Shown: positions 23,470 to 35,451 of the stretch, piece by piece | Layout of the letters: every line of letters starts with the position of its first letter | Position numbering within the stretch: the stretch's first letter is position 1 | Assembly (NCBI GenBank): GCA_051942245.1 | Contig: JAVECL010000213.1 | Span: forward strand, 1-35,451 | DNA from: Trypethelium eluteriae | Taxonomy: Eukaryota | Direction: 5' to 3' | DNA length: 35,451 bases | Program-made: the position numbers and the translations under genes | Notes under the pieces: generated by a model | Databases searched by the model: none | What the model was told of the DNA's origin: nothing | What the model saw: the letters and a program-made list of their open reading frames with translations, nothing else

Positions 23470-23897
23470 TCGGGATGGGGTTCGAATTTCCATTTGACAG
23501 CTTCAGAACTTTTGATCACTGCGTCGGATGAAGCACCAAACGCATTTTCTTGGGAAGCTACGGCGTTGGAGGTCTCATCAAAAGTCTCTCTAAACAGGGC
23601 TGATGCCGGTTCACATCAAATGTAGATTTAGACGATCCAGGTCTAGATGATGGCAGCCTGCTACACCACCCTAAATTAGCATACATGAAAGGTAGAAGAC
23701 GCCACAAATGCTGAACAATGCAGTTGATGGGAGCCTGGACAGGCTCAACCCAAGCCGATGAACCAAATCAATAGGCATAAAATGCAACAACCCCGATCTA
23801 TTGGTATCTTGCGGAGCTTTCCACCCTCCCAATCTTTTCTGTAAGTCTTCGATACCTTCATCTGAGGGAAAGGTAAAATCTACTTATCCCTATTCCC

Positions 23898-25692
23898 TTA
23901 GACATCATCAAGATCACTTTCCTCCACTATCTCCTCGGCCACCTTCTTTCGTCTATCTTCATCCATCTCCCGGTAGGTTGCGTAGCTTAACATCAAGAAC
24001 GCCAAAATAATTAGCAGGCCACCCGCGATGGCCCACGCACTCAAGGGACTGTACAGCGGAGGTGGCAGCATCACATCAATCAAGGCGACAATGAAAATTG
24101 TTAGCAGGGCCGCAACTGAACTCAGGACGGGACTTGTCAATGAAATCAGAACCAGGAACGATCCCGAGAAGGTCGCATTCATAATAACGGAGATGAACAG
24201 CACAAATGCCGTATGCGCATCGGGCAACTCGAACTTTTCCACGCCGAGAACGTGGAGAAGCGGCAGCGGAATCCACAACACCAAGAATGTAAAGGTCCCG
24301 ATGCACGAGCCGAAGGTATTTGCGAAGATCATGCCTCGCGCAGGACTTGTCCCATCGGGCGGGCACGCCACTTTCTTGTATAGCACCTCGTAGAAGCCAT
24401 ACAGCACACTCCCAATCCCAATCACGATGTTTCCGAGCGCGCGACTGGGTGCCTCCGAGTCCGGCGGCGCTGACGGACCTCCAGCGCCACCTCCCGACTT
24501 ATTTCCATGTTTCGGCGGAGAGGGCGCCTCGTCGTTGCCGCTGTCCCCATACGCAACGACCAGTACGCCAGCGATCGCAATGCCGACGGCCACGACTTTC
24601 GACCAGCGTAGGCGCTCGTGCAGCAGCGGAACGGAGAAGGCGTATGCGAAAAAGGCGCTGCAGTTGTAGATGGCCGTGAGGTCGCTTGCCGTAGTGAGGT
24701 CGACGGCGACGTACCAGCTGCCGCCTGCAACCGTGAGGGCGCAGGTAACGAGTGCGGTCCACTTCAGGACATAAGGAACAGGAGATGTCTTTGCTTGAGG
24801 CGGGGTAAGATGGAGGGTCTGGTGCTGGACCATTTGGGCGGTTTGGCGAAGGAGAGAGAGATGACGTCGCCAGAAGCCGGGCCAGGGGGTGGAGAGGGAT
24901 TGCAGACGGAGGATGAGGAGTTGTGTTGGCCAAAGCAGAGACCAGGAGCCGTGGGTTAGCCAGCTAGAATGAAATACGGATGTCAGCACTGCAGTTTCCC
25001 ATCCGATAGTAGAGCTTCAGAGGATGAACATACAGCATACAGTACGCCTTCTTCCACCCCAAATCATGTTGGATATACACTGCCGTTTCTGTCTGTATCG
25101 CAAAGCTCACTAAACTCAATAATAGAAAGCCAGCTGCGTATGTGTATCTTGTCTTGGTTGCATTCTTCGCCTGCTGTTCTGGGTCCCGCTCTCGGAAGGT
25201 CGTGCTTTTCCTCGTCGACAACCTCGGAGTGGGCAGAGTCGGGCCTCCCTCGTATCCACTATGGGTTGGCGTTCCGAGCAAAGGCTGTCCAGACTGCGAC
25301 TTCCCATCGTTCGGCCGCGAGTAGGGCGGTCTCATATCGGAGGGCATACTGTTAGAGTCGTGGCCAGGTTCTCCTGGATGGAGGGGAGTTTCTTCGTCCC
25401 AGGCGTTCCACTCGTCGTCTGCGTCGTCTGCGAGCTTATCACGAATTATTGATACAGCCTCCTCTTGCTCTTCCCCAGAGTCGTGGAAAGGGATTTGTTG
25501 GGCGAGGGGTGATGGTGTTCGCGATGCGGAGGGCTGCCGTGATGAAGGCTGGGAGAGATGGACTGGCGAACTAAAGGTTTCGGAGGAGGCCGAAGAGTCG
25601 TGGTAGAGTCTCTGCTCAGGTGGCAGGAGCGTATCAAGGCGTGACTGTCTACTGGAAGCAGCAGCACCAGGAGTAGAGGTCGAATTAGGCAT
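23898..25692 (-). CDS. Drug/metabolite transporter (DMT/EamA, SLC35F-like) membrane protein
   Basis: Intron 24964-25033 joins ...KKAYCML to WLTHGSWS. Long disordered N-terminus, then many hydrophobic segments; SDLTAIYNCSAFFAYAFSVPLLHER, GFYEVLYK, LTSPVLSSVA. Confidence 0.85.
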
Positions 25693-28308
25693 GCACGCGG
25701 TTTACAATGGCATGTGGCTAGAGAAGGCTGGTGCCCGTGTGGACAGAGTGAACCGTAATTCAGCTTGGGCTTTCGCCTGCTAGGGGTTTCTGGAATGGAC
25801 AGATAGGGTAGACATGAGTTGGGTACGATGATACGATAAGTTGGCCTGACATGTGTTGCTGATGCAGTTCGCAGCAGCCATGTATCCTTTGACCAATCAG
25901 GGGCTAGCAGATGAGAGACAACTCTCACTATGACCCTTTCGCGTGTACCTTTTCTCCCTGTCATGCGTAACTCTGTGCGCAAGGAGTTATCTACTATTCC
26001 TTGCGTCGTCAAATTGAATCTGACCGGTCGCATGTCCCCGGGCACCTCCCCAGTTGCAGGATGTCTTGGTAACGCCCAGCTGTTTTTTGGGGGTAGATTC
26101 AACCGTAAGGTATGGAGTACCCACTCTACTGCCAAGGCCAACTCAGCCACGCCACCATGGTGGTACTGCGAGTGCGTTCCTCAGCTCGACATTGGCATTC
26201 GACAGCCATACATTCACTGACCCGTTGTCGCGGTGAGTATGAGTGTATTGTCGGAAAGCCATGATAGTTCCGAGCGCCTGTGCGGATAACACTTCCCATC
26301 TCACTGCGTCAACGATGGCGTTGCGACATTGCTCATTCATAATTCACATAAATTACAAGAGTGCGTCTGACTGGCTATGGAATAACGGGAAGGCATCAAC
26401 TCTCAGGATGACGAGAAGTATTTGTTAAGTTTCGACATAACACTTGCTTGCACTCTAGTGAGGGAATATCCCACCACCCCGAGTTTCGAACTTCCCCTTC
26501 TGAGAACTGAGCTGACTGAGTTCTTTATTAGACTTGAGAAAAAGGCTTTTGTGGTACCTTGCACTTTGAAGGCATCTTGCATGCTGTTGGCGCTCTTTTC
26601 GTTAGAAAGTACCAGTGTGGTTTTCGGTACCATTGTGAAATTGACAAGGTCAACAAGACTTCATATGATTTGTCAGATCCTCACCAGCCCGAACCTGTCA
26701 GGTCTCACAATCGTCACTTTCCGAGCGCTGGTTTCAAATCAGCACAGCGGATTTATCATCCGGAGTATTAGACGTTAAAGGCAAGGATATCCTCGAGCTT
26801 CGCACACTCTTGATTTAGCCAGATCACGTCCGTACGACAGGAAGCTAGCCAAAACAGCCTCACGATCACTAGTCAATCGAATACTATGAGATTGAAGACG
26901 TTCTCACAGCCGAGAGAGTCCTCAATGAATCTAGTTCGCAACGCGATTCGTCACCACTCATTCGACATGCTTACCGGCCGATACATGGATGCATTCGTAG
27001 ACGAACTCATTGAGGGCAGACTCCTACCATTGCATGTCTTATAACTTTTTAGAATCTCTATAATTGCCACTGCGAAGACCTAGGTACTGAATATTCACGA
27101 CCAGCGTGTCTCCATCCATGGAGGCCGCTAACCTAGAAGGGGTAAGGCTGTTGCATTGGGCTTTGGACGGGATCAATTTGGTGATATCGCCAGTTCCTGA
27201 TGCTTCTTGTCTCGAGTTTTCGAGGCGCTAGTACTACAATAGCCGCGGACGAACAGCTACAAAGCCATGTAGTTGACGCCAAATTACCATATTGCAGGTC
27301 AACATAGGCAGGCGAAAGAGCACCTGTCACTTGGCAGATCATCCAGATTATGCATATAGTCGTGTCGGCGTCTCGTTCGAAAAGTGCTGATTTGCCTATT
27401 TCAGTGACGGTGAGCTTGATGCTCCACGAATCGATGTCTCATCCTTGGATCCGGACAGAGGCACGCTTTTCGATGACAAGCGACAGTCATGCAAGCCGTG
27501 CTGGAAAAGACGAGGATATTTAGCAGGAGTAGGACAGTCTTCCCAGCGAGTCGCGAATAGACCAAGCAGAATTTGGATGATAAGAGACGGTGCCATAAAC
27601 TTGGAGTACCCGTACAACCACTTTCTTTCCTCTAAATCGAGAACTCCCAAGCCGAGCGCATACCGTTTCAGCTGGTATGGGCATCTGTGTTGGAGGTTTG
27701 CTTCCGAGCGCCGAATTCTGATTGAATTTGTTCAATTCAAACATGGCTTCATTGAGGAAGATATAGTTCAGCAATTGGAATAGTCTCGAAGAATAGCAAG
27801 TGCACCATACGCTGGACGCGGACGACTCCACTTAATCTCATTTAGCGTCATTTCTCTTCTGCAGCACGGTTCCGCAGAAACAGGCTTTGTGTTTCAGTTA
27901 CATCTTTTGCGCTTTTGTGCCAATGGCTGGTCGGATTTAAAACGTCCATATATCGATCTGCCCAGGGATTCGGTCCAGTCTTTTCTGCAAATCGACCATT
28001 TGTGCATATTGCGCAAGCTGATAGAGACTTTACGGAGTAGACCAGGTTTTCTCGCTTAGGCACCTTAGGGCAGACGCTTAGCTTACATTCCCGTCACCAC
28101 CATTACTCAAAAGGAAAACGCCAGAGTCTGTCACGTCATCTACGTTCAAACCCCACGGAACCTGAACCCAGATGCCCCCACTGCCGCGTTCTTGGATCTG
28201 GTGGGGGCACTGGGGCAACATGTGTATTATCGCCATTGCAACTACGGAACTATCATCCATCCGCTTGGCCACAATCTTCGTACAAGTATAGTCTTCTTCA
28301 AGCCCATC

Positions 28309-29477
28309 ATGCCTCTTCTAATGCAGCGAGCAAAGCCGCGCGTGATCCTGGGGCTCATGACCATAGGGTAAGCTTCTCACAGTGTTTCTGGTTGCTCCCT
28401 TTGTGTCCTAAGTCTCGTAGTCCTGAAACTGGAGGAGGAGCGCGCATTACCTCCCTCGACGAATATAAAAGAATTCTGAGTACATTCCAGTCCCGCGGCT
28501 ACAATGAGATCGATACTGCTCGCTCCTATGTGAATGGTAAACAAGAGTCCTTCACTGCGCAAGCCAAATGGAAAGATCGCGGGCTCGCACTTGCTACTAA
28601 AGTCTATCCAACGCCATCGGGAAACCACAAGCCGAACGTTCTCCGTGAGAAATTCGAGACCAGTCTGAAAGAGCTGGGGACAGATTGCGTTGACATCTTC
28701 TACCTGCATGCCGCGGACCGTAGCGTGCCGTTCGAGGAGACCCTCGAATGCGTCAACCAGTTCCATAAAGAAGGAAAGTTTGTGCAGCTTGGATTGAGCA
28801 ACTTTGCAGCGTTCGAGGTTGCCGAAGTAGTCATGACATGCAAGGCGCATGGGTGGGTTACGCCTTCAGTCTACCAGGGCATGTATAATGCCGTCACCCG
28901 TGGCATTGAGCCTGAGCTACTCCCATGCTTGAAGCGCTACGGCATCCCATACGTAGCGTATAATCCTATTGCTGGGGGCTTATTCTCGGGAAAGTATGAC
29001 TTCAGCGATCCGTCCAAGATCCCGGACTCTGGACGATACAGCGATGCGGTGGGCAGGATGGGTACGATGTACCGAAAACGCTATTTTCATTCCCCAACAT
29101 TTGATGCATTTAAGAGTCTGACAGAGTGTCGAGTACTCGAGAAACACAGCCTATCCATGGTCGAGACGGCTTTGCGGTGGTGCGTTTGGCATAGCGATCT
29201 TGACATGGGTAGGCTAAAGGAGGACGGTGGCGTTGACAAAAATGCCGGATATGGTGATGATGGGTTGATTATTGGAATCAGTAGCCATGAACAGTTGGAG
29301 CAAAATTTGACAGATTTGGAGAAGGGACCTTTGCCGGAGGAGGTCGTGAAGATGCTGGATCAAGCGTGGGCCATTGCAAAGCCGAGTAGTCCGAACTATT
29401 GGCATCTGGATCTGAAGTACACGTACGATACCCGCACAGCACTGTTTGGACCACAAAGCAAAGAAAGTTCTCTATAA
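28309..29477 (+). CDS. Aldo-keto reductase, aflatoxin B1 aldehyde reductase (AKR7)-like
   Basis: Exon 1 28309-28367 (MPLLMQRAKPRVILGLMTIG), intron 28368-28420. Catalytic tetrad motifs IDTARSY, LATK, DIFYLHAAD; also LGLSN, YQGMYN, AYNPIAGG. Confidence 0.93.
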
Positions 29478-29945
29478 GATGTTAACCCCATATGGAAGTA
29501 GCATTGGATGATAAATCCTGTCGTCCTGCTCCATGGCTCGGGAATGTTTTGCGTTGGTGCTCCTTAAAACACCAATCAAGTGCCGAGGTGGTTCCTAGAG
29601 CCGCCCTGAGTCCTCTTAGATTTATTCTAGTCTTATCAAGAATGCTGGAAATCTCTTCGTCAGCTATCGTTGACGCTCTTCATTAGAGAAAATAATTCCT
29701 TCTCGTTCCTATAAATACCTGTTCCTGGATTTTGCTTTACACTATGGATTCAACGTTTACAAAGGGTCACTGAACTCACACCTCAGTAGATATTAGGATC
29801 CGTTACCGAGCTGCAACAAGCATGGACATAAGTTTAGTGGGCCATATACCAAACACAAGCTTTCGATTCAGATGATCTCGCTTATTGTGTAGCCGACTCA
29901 GGAGCTATTGTTTTAGAGCTATCATACGATTGGTACACGTGTTGA

Positions 29946-30896
29946 CTACACAAACTGCAAAGTATTGAGAGCTTCATCAGCATCTGAACAAATGTCCTCA
30001 CCATTTCCCCAGTTCCTATCTTCACCTTCGTTGTTATCATCGTCTGCGTTTTCCTTCCCATGTATCTAGGCGAAGATGGGCGAGTTCCCTATACCGCCCA
30101 TAGCATCCATTCTTTCCATACCATTCATGTCGCCCATATCGCACATGTAGGCTCCATCATTGTTGTCCTCGACCTTGGCGTGGAAACCATCTGGATCCGC
30201 ATACTCATCCGAAACGTCACATCTATCGTCAATCGGCTCGCTGGCTTGCATTCCCCGGGCTAGGATTAACCTCAGCAATATAGGCACATCCCCGCCGTGA
30301 AAAATGTAGTCCATAATGGCTGCTTTGTGCTGTGGATAATGTTCTTTCCCATCATCTGCCAGGAGAGCAAAGCCACCGAAGGCCGGACGGCCCGTTGTAT
30401 CGTCCCGAAGTTCTTCAAGATCACTGCTATCGAGGGAAAGTGTATCAGGCATATGGCGGATTACTGATGTTCAAGGAGAGTACTGCTCCCATTCATCAAT
30501 GGTTGGAACGATATGTCCTTCTGCGTCTACAATACTGTCGTTGAAGCTCATGAATTTAACACTATGCCATCTATGCAAGCCCGAGCCAAAGTGACATTCT
30601 AGTCGAGGTGAGATCTTCGAGTATAGAGTCATGGATGCATGCTGCCGGAAAAATGAGAGGATCGTGGCTTCGATTGTTGCACTGTCGCGGCTAAAGTCAG
30701 CGTTCGCGGCGGTAGAGATGACTGTATCTCTTTGGGTTTCAAGCTGCAACTGATAGGCAACCTGCCTTGAACTACTGCCTTGACGCTTCAAAAGTGGTTG
30801 AACGAAATGTGGCTCTTCATAAGAAACACAATCAGGCTCTAAGCGAGTTATAAGATGGCAAGTCAGCTTCGGCCAGCGGCAGTGAGGAAGAGACAT
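29946..30896 (-). pseudogene. Orphan reading frame interrupted by two in-frame stops (probable pseudogene)
   Basis: ORFs 30471-30896 and 30066-30452 share one frame, separated only by TGA 30473-30471. After TAG 30068-30066 the acidic sequence continues (IHGKENADDDNNEGED...) to TAG 29948-29946. Confidence 0.55.
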
Positions 30897-31115
30897 TGTG
30901 CTAAGACGTGCTCATTAAGAAGACGTGCTCGTTGCATTGATTCAATCTTAGACGTAATCATCATATGTCATGGACCTCTCAGAGGGTATCGATCACCAGA
31001 CGCCTCTTTAGATGTGCCACCGAAAACATCAAGGACAATACCATGCCCTAAATCCAGGTTCTCTGGTGGGAAATCTCCCGTCCTCCACAGAAGACAATGA
31101 AGAACTTGCCAGACT

Positions 31116-32241
31116 TCAAGCTGCGACCCCTATCTCACCTGCCCTCTCTTCCTTAAGCAACCCTTCGTATTCCTCCTTCCCATCTCCCAATTTTACCATA
31201 CCCTTTCGATCTCTTGACTTACTCCTCGCGCGCTCCACGGCGCCCTTCACAGCCTCAACCCCTTTGCTCCCAGTGCTCCGACTCCGACTCCTCTTCTCTT
31301 CGTCACCCTTCGCAGCTCCTACACTGCCGCTTGTGCCCCTCCTAACCACCCCTCTCACACCCTCACTCCACTTCCTCCTTGGGACCCTTCCGTCCCCGTC
31401 AAGGCCCAACACCTTCTTCAACTCCCCAATTCCTGCGTGGTCCCTCGTATTCCGCATGCGGTGCACCCAGGTCACGCGGCCGGGATCTCCCTTGCCCTCG
31501 CACTCGACCAGCAGCTCGCCGCCGACCTGCCAATAGTCGCCACTCTTGAGCGCGTTCCGGCCGGACCGTAGGCCCTGGATGACGCTCTGGACAGCGGCGC
31601 CGAGGATGCTGCGCTGGATGTAGTCTGGGCGAGACTTGCCGAGGTCGAGGGTGCGGATCATGCCAAGGGTCTGATAGAGGGAGCGGGCCGGGTCGCAGTA
31701 GATTGGGTAGGGGCACGAGGTTGCAGCGACGTAGAGAGGAATAAGATCGGGTTGACCGCAGCCGATGACGGTAATGGTAGTTGGAACAGAGACTGAGGAG
31801 AGCAAAGACGGGGTTATGGAGGCGGAGAGAGTGCGGAGATACTCTTGGCAGTTCTGTGGGTGGGCGTGTCAGTCAGATCGGGGGAGGTTCATGGAAGAGA
31901 GGAGAATGCTGGGGGAAAGAACTCACGCCGCAAAAGAAATGCCGCACAAAAACGATGAGGTGCCGGCTTGGACCAGCTTCATTGCCGTAGAGGCTACCGA
32001 ACATCTGCTCTTTGCCATCGACGTCCAGGACGGGCAGCTCGACACATCGGGCCCACTCCGACTTCGTAGGCAATGCCTTCGAGACTTTGACATCGCCCTT
32101 GAATTCCGCCTGTGGGTCGTGCTCAGGTGAGTGTTGGTGGTCAACCGAGGAAGCGGCCGTCGAACTCGATTCTTTGGAGGCGGAGTGTGAGGAGGATGAA
32201 TCGGAGTCTGAAGGGTGTGGCATTCTGTTATTGATGCTCAT
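31116..32241 (-). CDS. AhpC/TSA antioxidant enzyme family (peroxiredoxin-like, thioredoxin fold)
   Basis: Intron 31854-31926 rebuilds LIVFVRHFFCG|NCQEYLR (CxxC); then VIGCG, IYCDPARSLYQTLGM, WQVGGELL, HRMRNTRDH. Confidence 0.88.
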
Positions 32242-32519
32242 TGTGAGGGTTGTGCGGGTTTGGCTTCGGAAGTGCCAGATGCAGAAGTCGACGAAGCCGA
32301 GGAGGCGGCGGTAGGGGTGGTGGCTTTATCAGGTGCTTGGGAGGTAGACTCGCCTGGCTCTGGGAAGAGAGTGCTCGAAGCAAAGAAAGCGACGGTAAAG
32401 CAGACGCCGCAACTGATCAAGATGAAAAACACGCTCTTCGGATCAGCGTCGAGCCCCAGACTCTTGAGAAGCTCGTCAGCGCCGGTCACGTAGATGAATC
32501 TTTCGAAGATAGAAGCCAT
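32238..32519 (-). CDS. Small 93-aa single-pass membrane protein ORF whose stop overlaps the AhpC/TSA start
   Basis: AAGATGGCT start context, hydrophobic stretch VFFILISCGVCFTVAFFASSTLF and an S/T/A/P-rich tail. TGA 32240-32238 overlaps ATG 32241-32239. Confidence 0.55.
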   Translation of the reverse strand: MASIFERFIYVTGADELLKSLGLDADPKSVFFILISCGVCFTVAFFASSTLFPEPGESTSQAPDKATTPTAASSASSTSASGTSEAKPAQPSQ

Positions 32520-33320
32520 CTTCTACAAAGGGGCCCGGGTGTGGACAGGTTTTATTCGCAGGTCAGCAGCAAGTCAGTGTGGGTAATTGGATGCAGTGTC
32601 AACGCCGTCTTGCGACCTTCTCGGTTTCACGACTTTCCGACGCAGGCTGACCAGTGCGGAGCGTTATCAGCGAGGGCAGGAGTGGCAGGCTGAAGGCAGG
32701 CGTTCAAACTTGGGTCGTTTGAGGTTAGGCTCTGGGGGCTCTGCTTGAGACATGAGGCGTGAGGTCCATCCCTCGCACCCCTGGAGCGGGGGACTGGGCG
32801 GCTATGACAGCTCGATCAGGCCTAGCGGCGAGGATCGACGGCTTTGGGAAGCTTAATTGCAACAAGCTTATTTTCAGATCGACGGGCTGGACGGGGTGCT
32901 TGGCCGGTTGGGTTCAGCACTGCCTAATGCGTACAGATTGCATTCCAACCTGCACATGGAACGGAACGGGCGGGAGGACTGAATTGCTCTTCGGGAAAGG
33001 TACGGTCCGGCTAGACTGCAGCCCATGACCATGTCCGGCATCGAAAGCAACACAGCCATCAGAGAAAGGCGTCGAGTTCCCTCATGTCCCTGCAAGAAAC
33101 CGGTCGACGTGAATATCTTCGACCCTTAGGGTTGGGTTGCCGATAGCCATCTCAAAAAAAGAACGACATCCTGAAAATGAGGGTGATACGGGTGATGAAT
33201 TTGCTAGAGGGTGAGAGGATGCACACATGATCGATGTGCTGATCATGCTTGGCTGATGCAAAAGGCTCCAGTCTAGTCTACCTGTTCGGCTTAGAGGGGA
33301 CTTAGATCCGCGCACCATGA

Positions 33321-35451
33321 TCATCTCCCAAACATCTCCTTTCCAAATCCATCTCTTCCCTCTTCTCTCGCCACCCTTTCAACTGCTTTGACTAAATCAT
33401 ACGTCATCTTCTCACTCACGACCGAGTCTGCCTTGTATTCCTCGTGACCTCTAACAAAGCCTCTCAGCCACTTCGCTGCCGTCCACAGCTCACCCGATGC
33501 TCGCTTTGAGATCAGGGAGAGGTACTGCGCAAGTTCACACCGGGTCTCGACATCGACATTGACGCTGTCTAGATAGGATTCCACTAGCGGGATAAGGCCA
33601 GGAAACAGATCATCGGGCGCTTTGGATATTGCCTGCGTAGCCCTAGAGGACGTGGCGCCGTTCGCTGCCGCAGTCTGGCCATTGACGATCTCATCAATAC
33701 TTAGGAGCGCATGTTCGGCTTCGACTGGCCCTTTCGGGCTTGCCGGTCGACTCGGCCCTCTTGACCCAGCCTCTTCCGCACCCTTGGTGTGCTTCTCTGG
33801 AAATGGATTTTTCCTAAACCAGAATTTCTCTCGGTTGACTGCATCCCTCGCATGCGCCGTCTCCATGTTTTCCGTCACCCGCCGTATGGGAATGTAGAAG
33901 TTGAGATCGAAGCTCAGGATCGCCCTTGTCACCAACACAATAAAAATGGCGAAGGCTGCGTTCTCGAAATCAGTAAGTTGAATCTCCATTGGTCGAAATT
34001 CTACCCGCCATCCCGTGTCGCTTCCTGGAGGGGGCGGCTTGAACCGCATGTGTTGCCAGTTCGTGCTTTGAAGATTTTCGAAATGATCTGCAGCATCCAG
34101 GTCAAGTTCTTTGAGATCTTCGGCGAAGACTACAATGGGATCACGAATGAAGAGATGCGCAAAATGCGTGGCAAGTAAATCATCCATGCCGCCATCGAGC
34201 AATCGCTGTTTCAGTGCAGGGTCAACGATGAGCTCCGGGTCGAGGTATTCTTGTCGTAATCGCGGATCCTGAGCAATGTAGGTGCTATTGGAAGCATATC
34301 GTGACTTTGGTATATGCCATCTGTTGTCGCGTAAAGGCTGTATGCGAGATCAGAACGATACATCCCCGTCGAGCTCGAAGAAGATATTTCGGTGGCTACT
34401 CACTTTCTCTCCCAATTCTTCCGGCGTTCGATCATCTACCGCTCTGCTAATTTGATTCCACCGCACATCCGTGTCAGCCAAAAAGCCCTTGTAAATGGGC
34501 GTAGCAGCGGTCAAGGCAAGCAAGACGGGTCCTAGTGGACTTAGTTGGTCATACATCTCCCGACCTTCCTCAATATTCTTTGCTTGGAAGGTGATTTGCA
34601 AACAGCAACTCCCCATTCCGAATGCCATAGCGTCCATGTGGATCTGGTTTTCCTTGACAGCCCCATTTCGTACGTCGTCGTCCTCCGGCCAGTTGTGCAA
34701 ATCATACTTCACACTGGGATCCCACCATGGCCAGGGAGTCTTCTCATCTTTGAAGATTGGAACATTTACTTGCACCTTCCTCCCTCTTCGCGCTCGAATG
34801 TTTGCCGCAAGCGTGGGAAATCGAATGTGAGGGTTAGCAATTTCATCCGGTACGAACTGTGAGCGTAACTTGGGACCTGAGGGGGGATAGTACGGCGTGA
34901 TTGGCTGATCCGGAGAACCTAAACGGGGAAAAGTCGTCAAGGTGATTGGAGATTCGCTCGGCGCCATATGCTCTTTAGCAATGTCCCGTCTAGAAAGGCA
35001 GGGTTTAGTCGAATGATCAATTCCATAAAGGGATATTCCGAGTCACCGACCTCCGCTTCATGTTAGGTTCCACATCAAGTAGATCCTTGAACCCAATCCC
35101 CCAAGGTTTGCCAGGGGTGGCCTCCAGCATAAATCGGCCGAATTCCGGATGAAAGGTGGGCGCTGTGTCGCCAGTGCTGCATGATCGTCAATAAACTTTC
35201 GTTTCCGCCCTAATTGTGAACGAGATATACTTCGTATGACCTCGCTGTAGATCAGGTACCCCGCCACCCTGGCTCAGCAGCCTTTCGTCCTCGGCGAGAG
35301 CCTTCAGAATATCGGCCTGTCGGAGTGACAACCTGACGCGACCTTCTTCATCGTCGTAGCAAACCACCAAATACTCTATCTGGAACACCGTTTCAGCACG
35401 AGAAGAGCACAGCACTATGAGCGCTTACAGTACCTCATCACCCCACAGGAG
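33321..35451 (-). CDS. GSH1: Glutamate-cysteine ligase catalytic subunit (gamma-glutamylcysteine synthetase), 5' partial
   Basis: Introns 35380-35433, 35177-35230, 34990-35050 and 34338-34403 give LLWGDEIEY, FHPEFGRFMLEATPGKPW, MDAMAFGMGSCCLQITFQ, DHFENLQSTNWQ, GWRVEFRPMEIQLTDFENAAF. Confidence 0.97.

Noticed and set aside
23478..23492. GGTTCGAATTTCC resembling a tRNA T-loop/B-box
   Set aside because: No cloverleaf stems or A-box; it sits in the ARP2 3' UTR.
25446..26150. 234-aa minus-strand ORF overlapping the DMT gene start
   Set aside because: Non-ATG start in the track, off-frame overlap with the DMT N-terminus and no motifs; probably 5' UTR or promoter.
30903..30930. 11-nt direct repeat AAGACGTGCTC x2
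   Set aside because: Only two copies 6 nt apart; not an array or a target-site duplication of any visible element.
32225..32353. GC-AG intron (CAG|GCGAGT...CAG) that might fuse the 93-aa ORF to the AhpC/TSA gene
   Set aside because: The phases do not match (phase 1 donor, phase 2 acceptor needed) and there is no good branch site.
1..35451. Transposons, CRISPR arrays, rRNA/tRNA genes, TPP riboswitch
   Set aside because: No matching motifs, terminal repeats or arrays were seen by eye. An Rfam/tRNAscan/RepeatMasker run would be needed to exclude small ncRNAs or old element fragments.

Overview
Gene-dense, intron-containing DNA from a filamentous ascomycete (Pezizomycotina; the class cannot be fixed from this window). 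Introns are short (about 50-240 nt) with GTRNGY donors, CTRAY branch sites and YAG acceptors. About 17 genes could be spliced by hand: a Vps73/YBR241C-type MFS transporter, CDK8/SSN3, dynactin p25, a GAF-domain fRMsr, a dienelactone hydrolase, a kinetochore Fta4-family protein, a cobalamin-independent methionine-synthase-like protein, an Old Yellow Enzyme, ARP2, a DMT/EamA transporter, an AKR7-like aldo-keto reductase, an AhpC/TSA-like CxxC protein, glutamate-cysteine ligase (GSH1, 5'-truncated) and several orphans. The most notable observations are: (1) a 93-codon membrane-protein ORF whose stop overlaps the AhpC/TSA-like start codon as ATGA, resembling stop-restart translation; (2) a 992-codon minus-strand ORF missed by the ORF track, with about 753 low-complexity codons in frame ahead of a coiled-coil gene; (3) two orphan reading frames that continue in frame past single stop codons; (4) a 5-nt micro-exon, a GC-AG intron and a GAG acceptor; (5) an excess of sulfur/redox genes. 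No tRNA, rRNA, CRISPR array or recognisable transposon was seen. All family calls come from motif recognition, not database searches.
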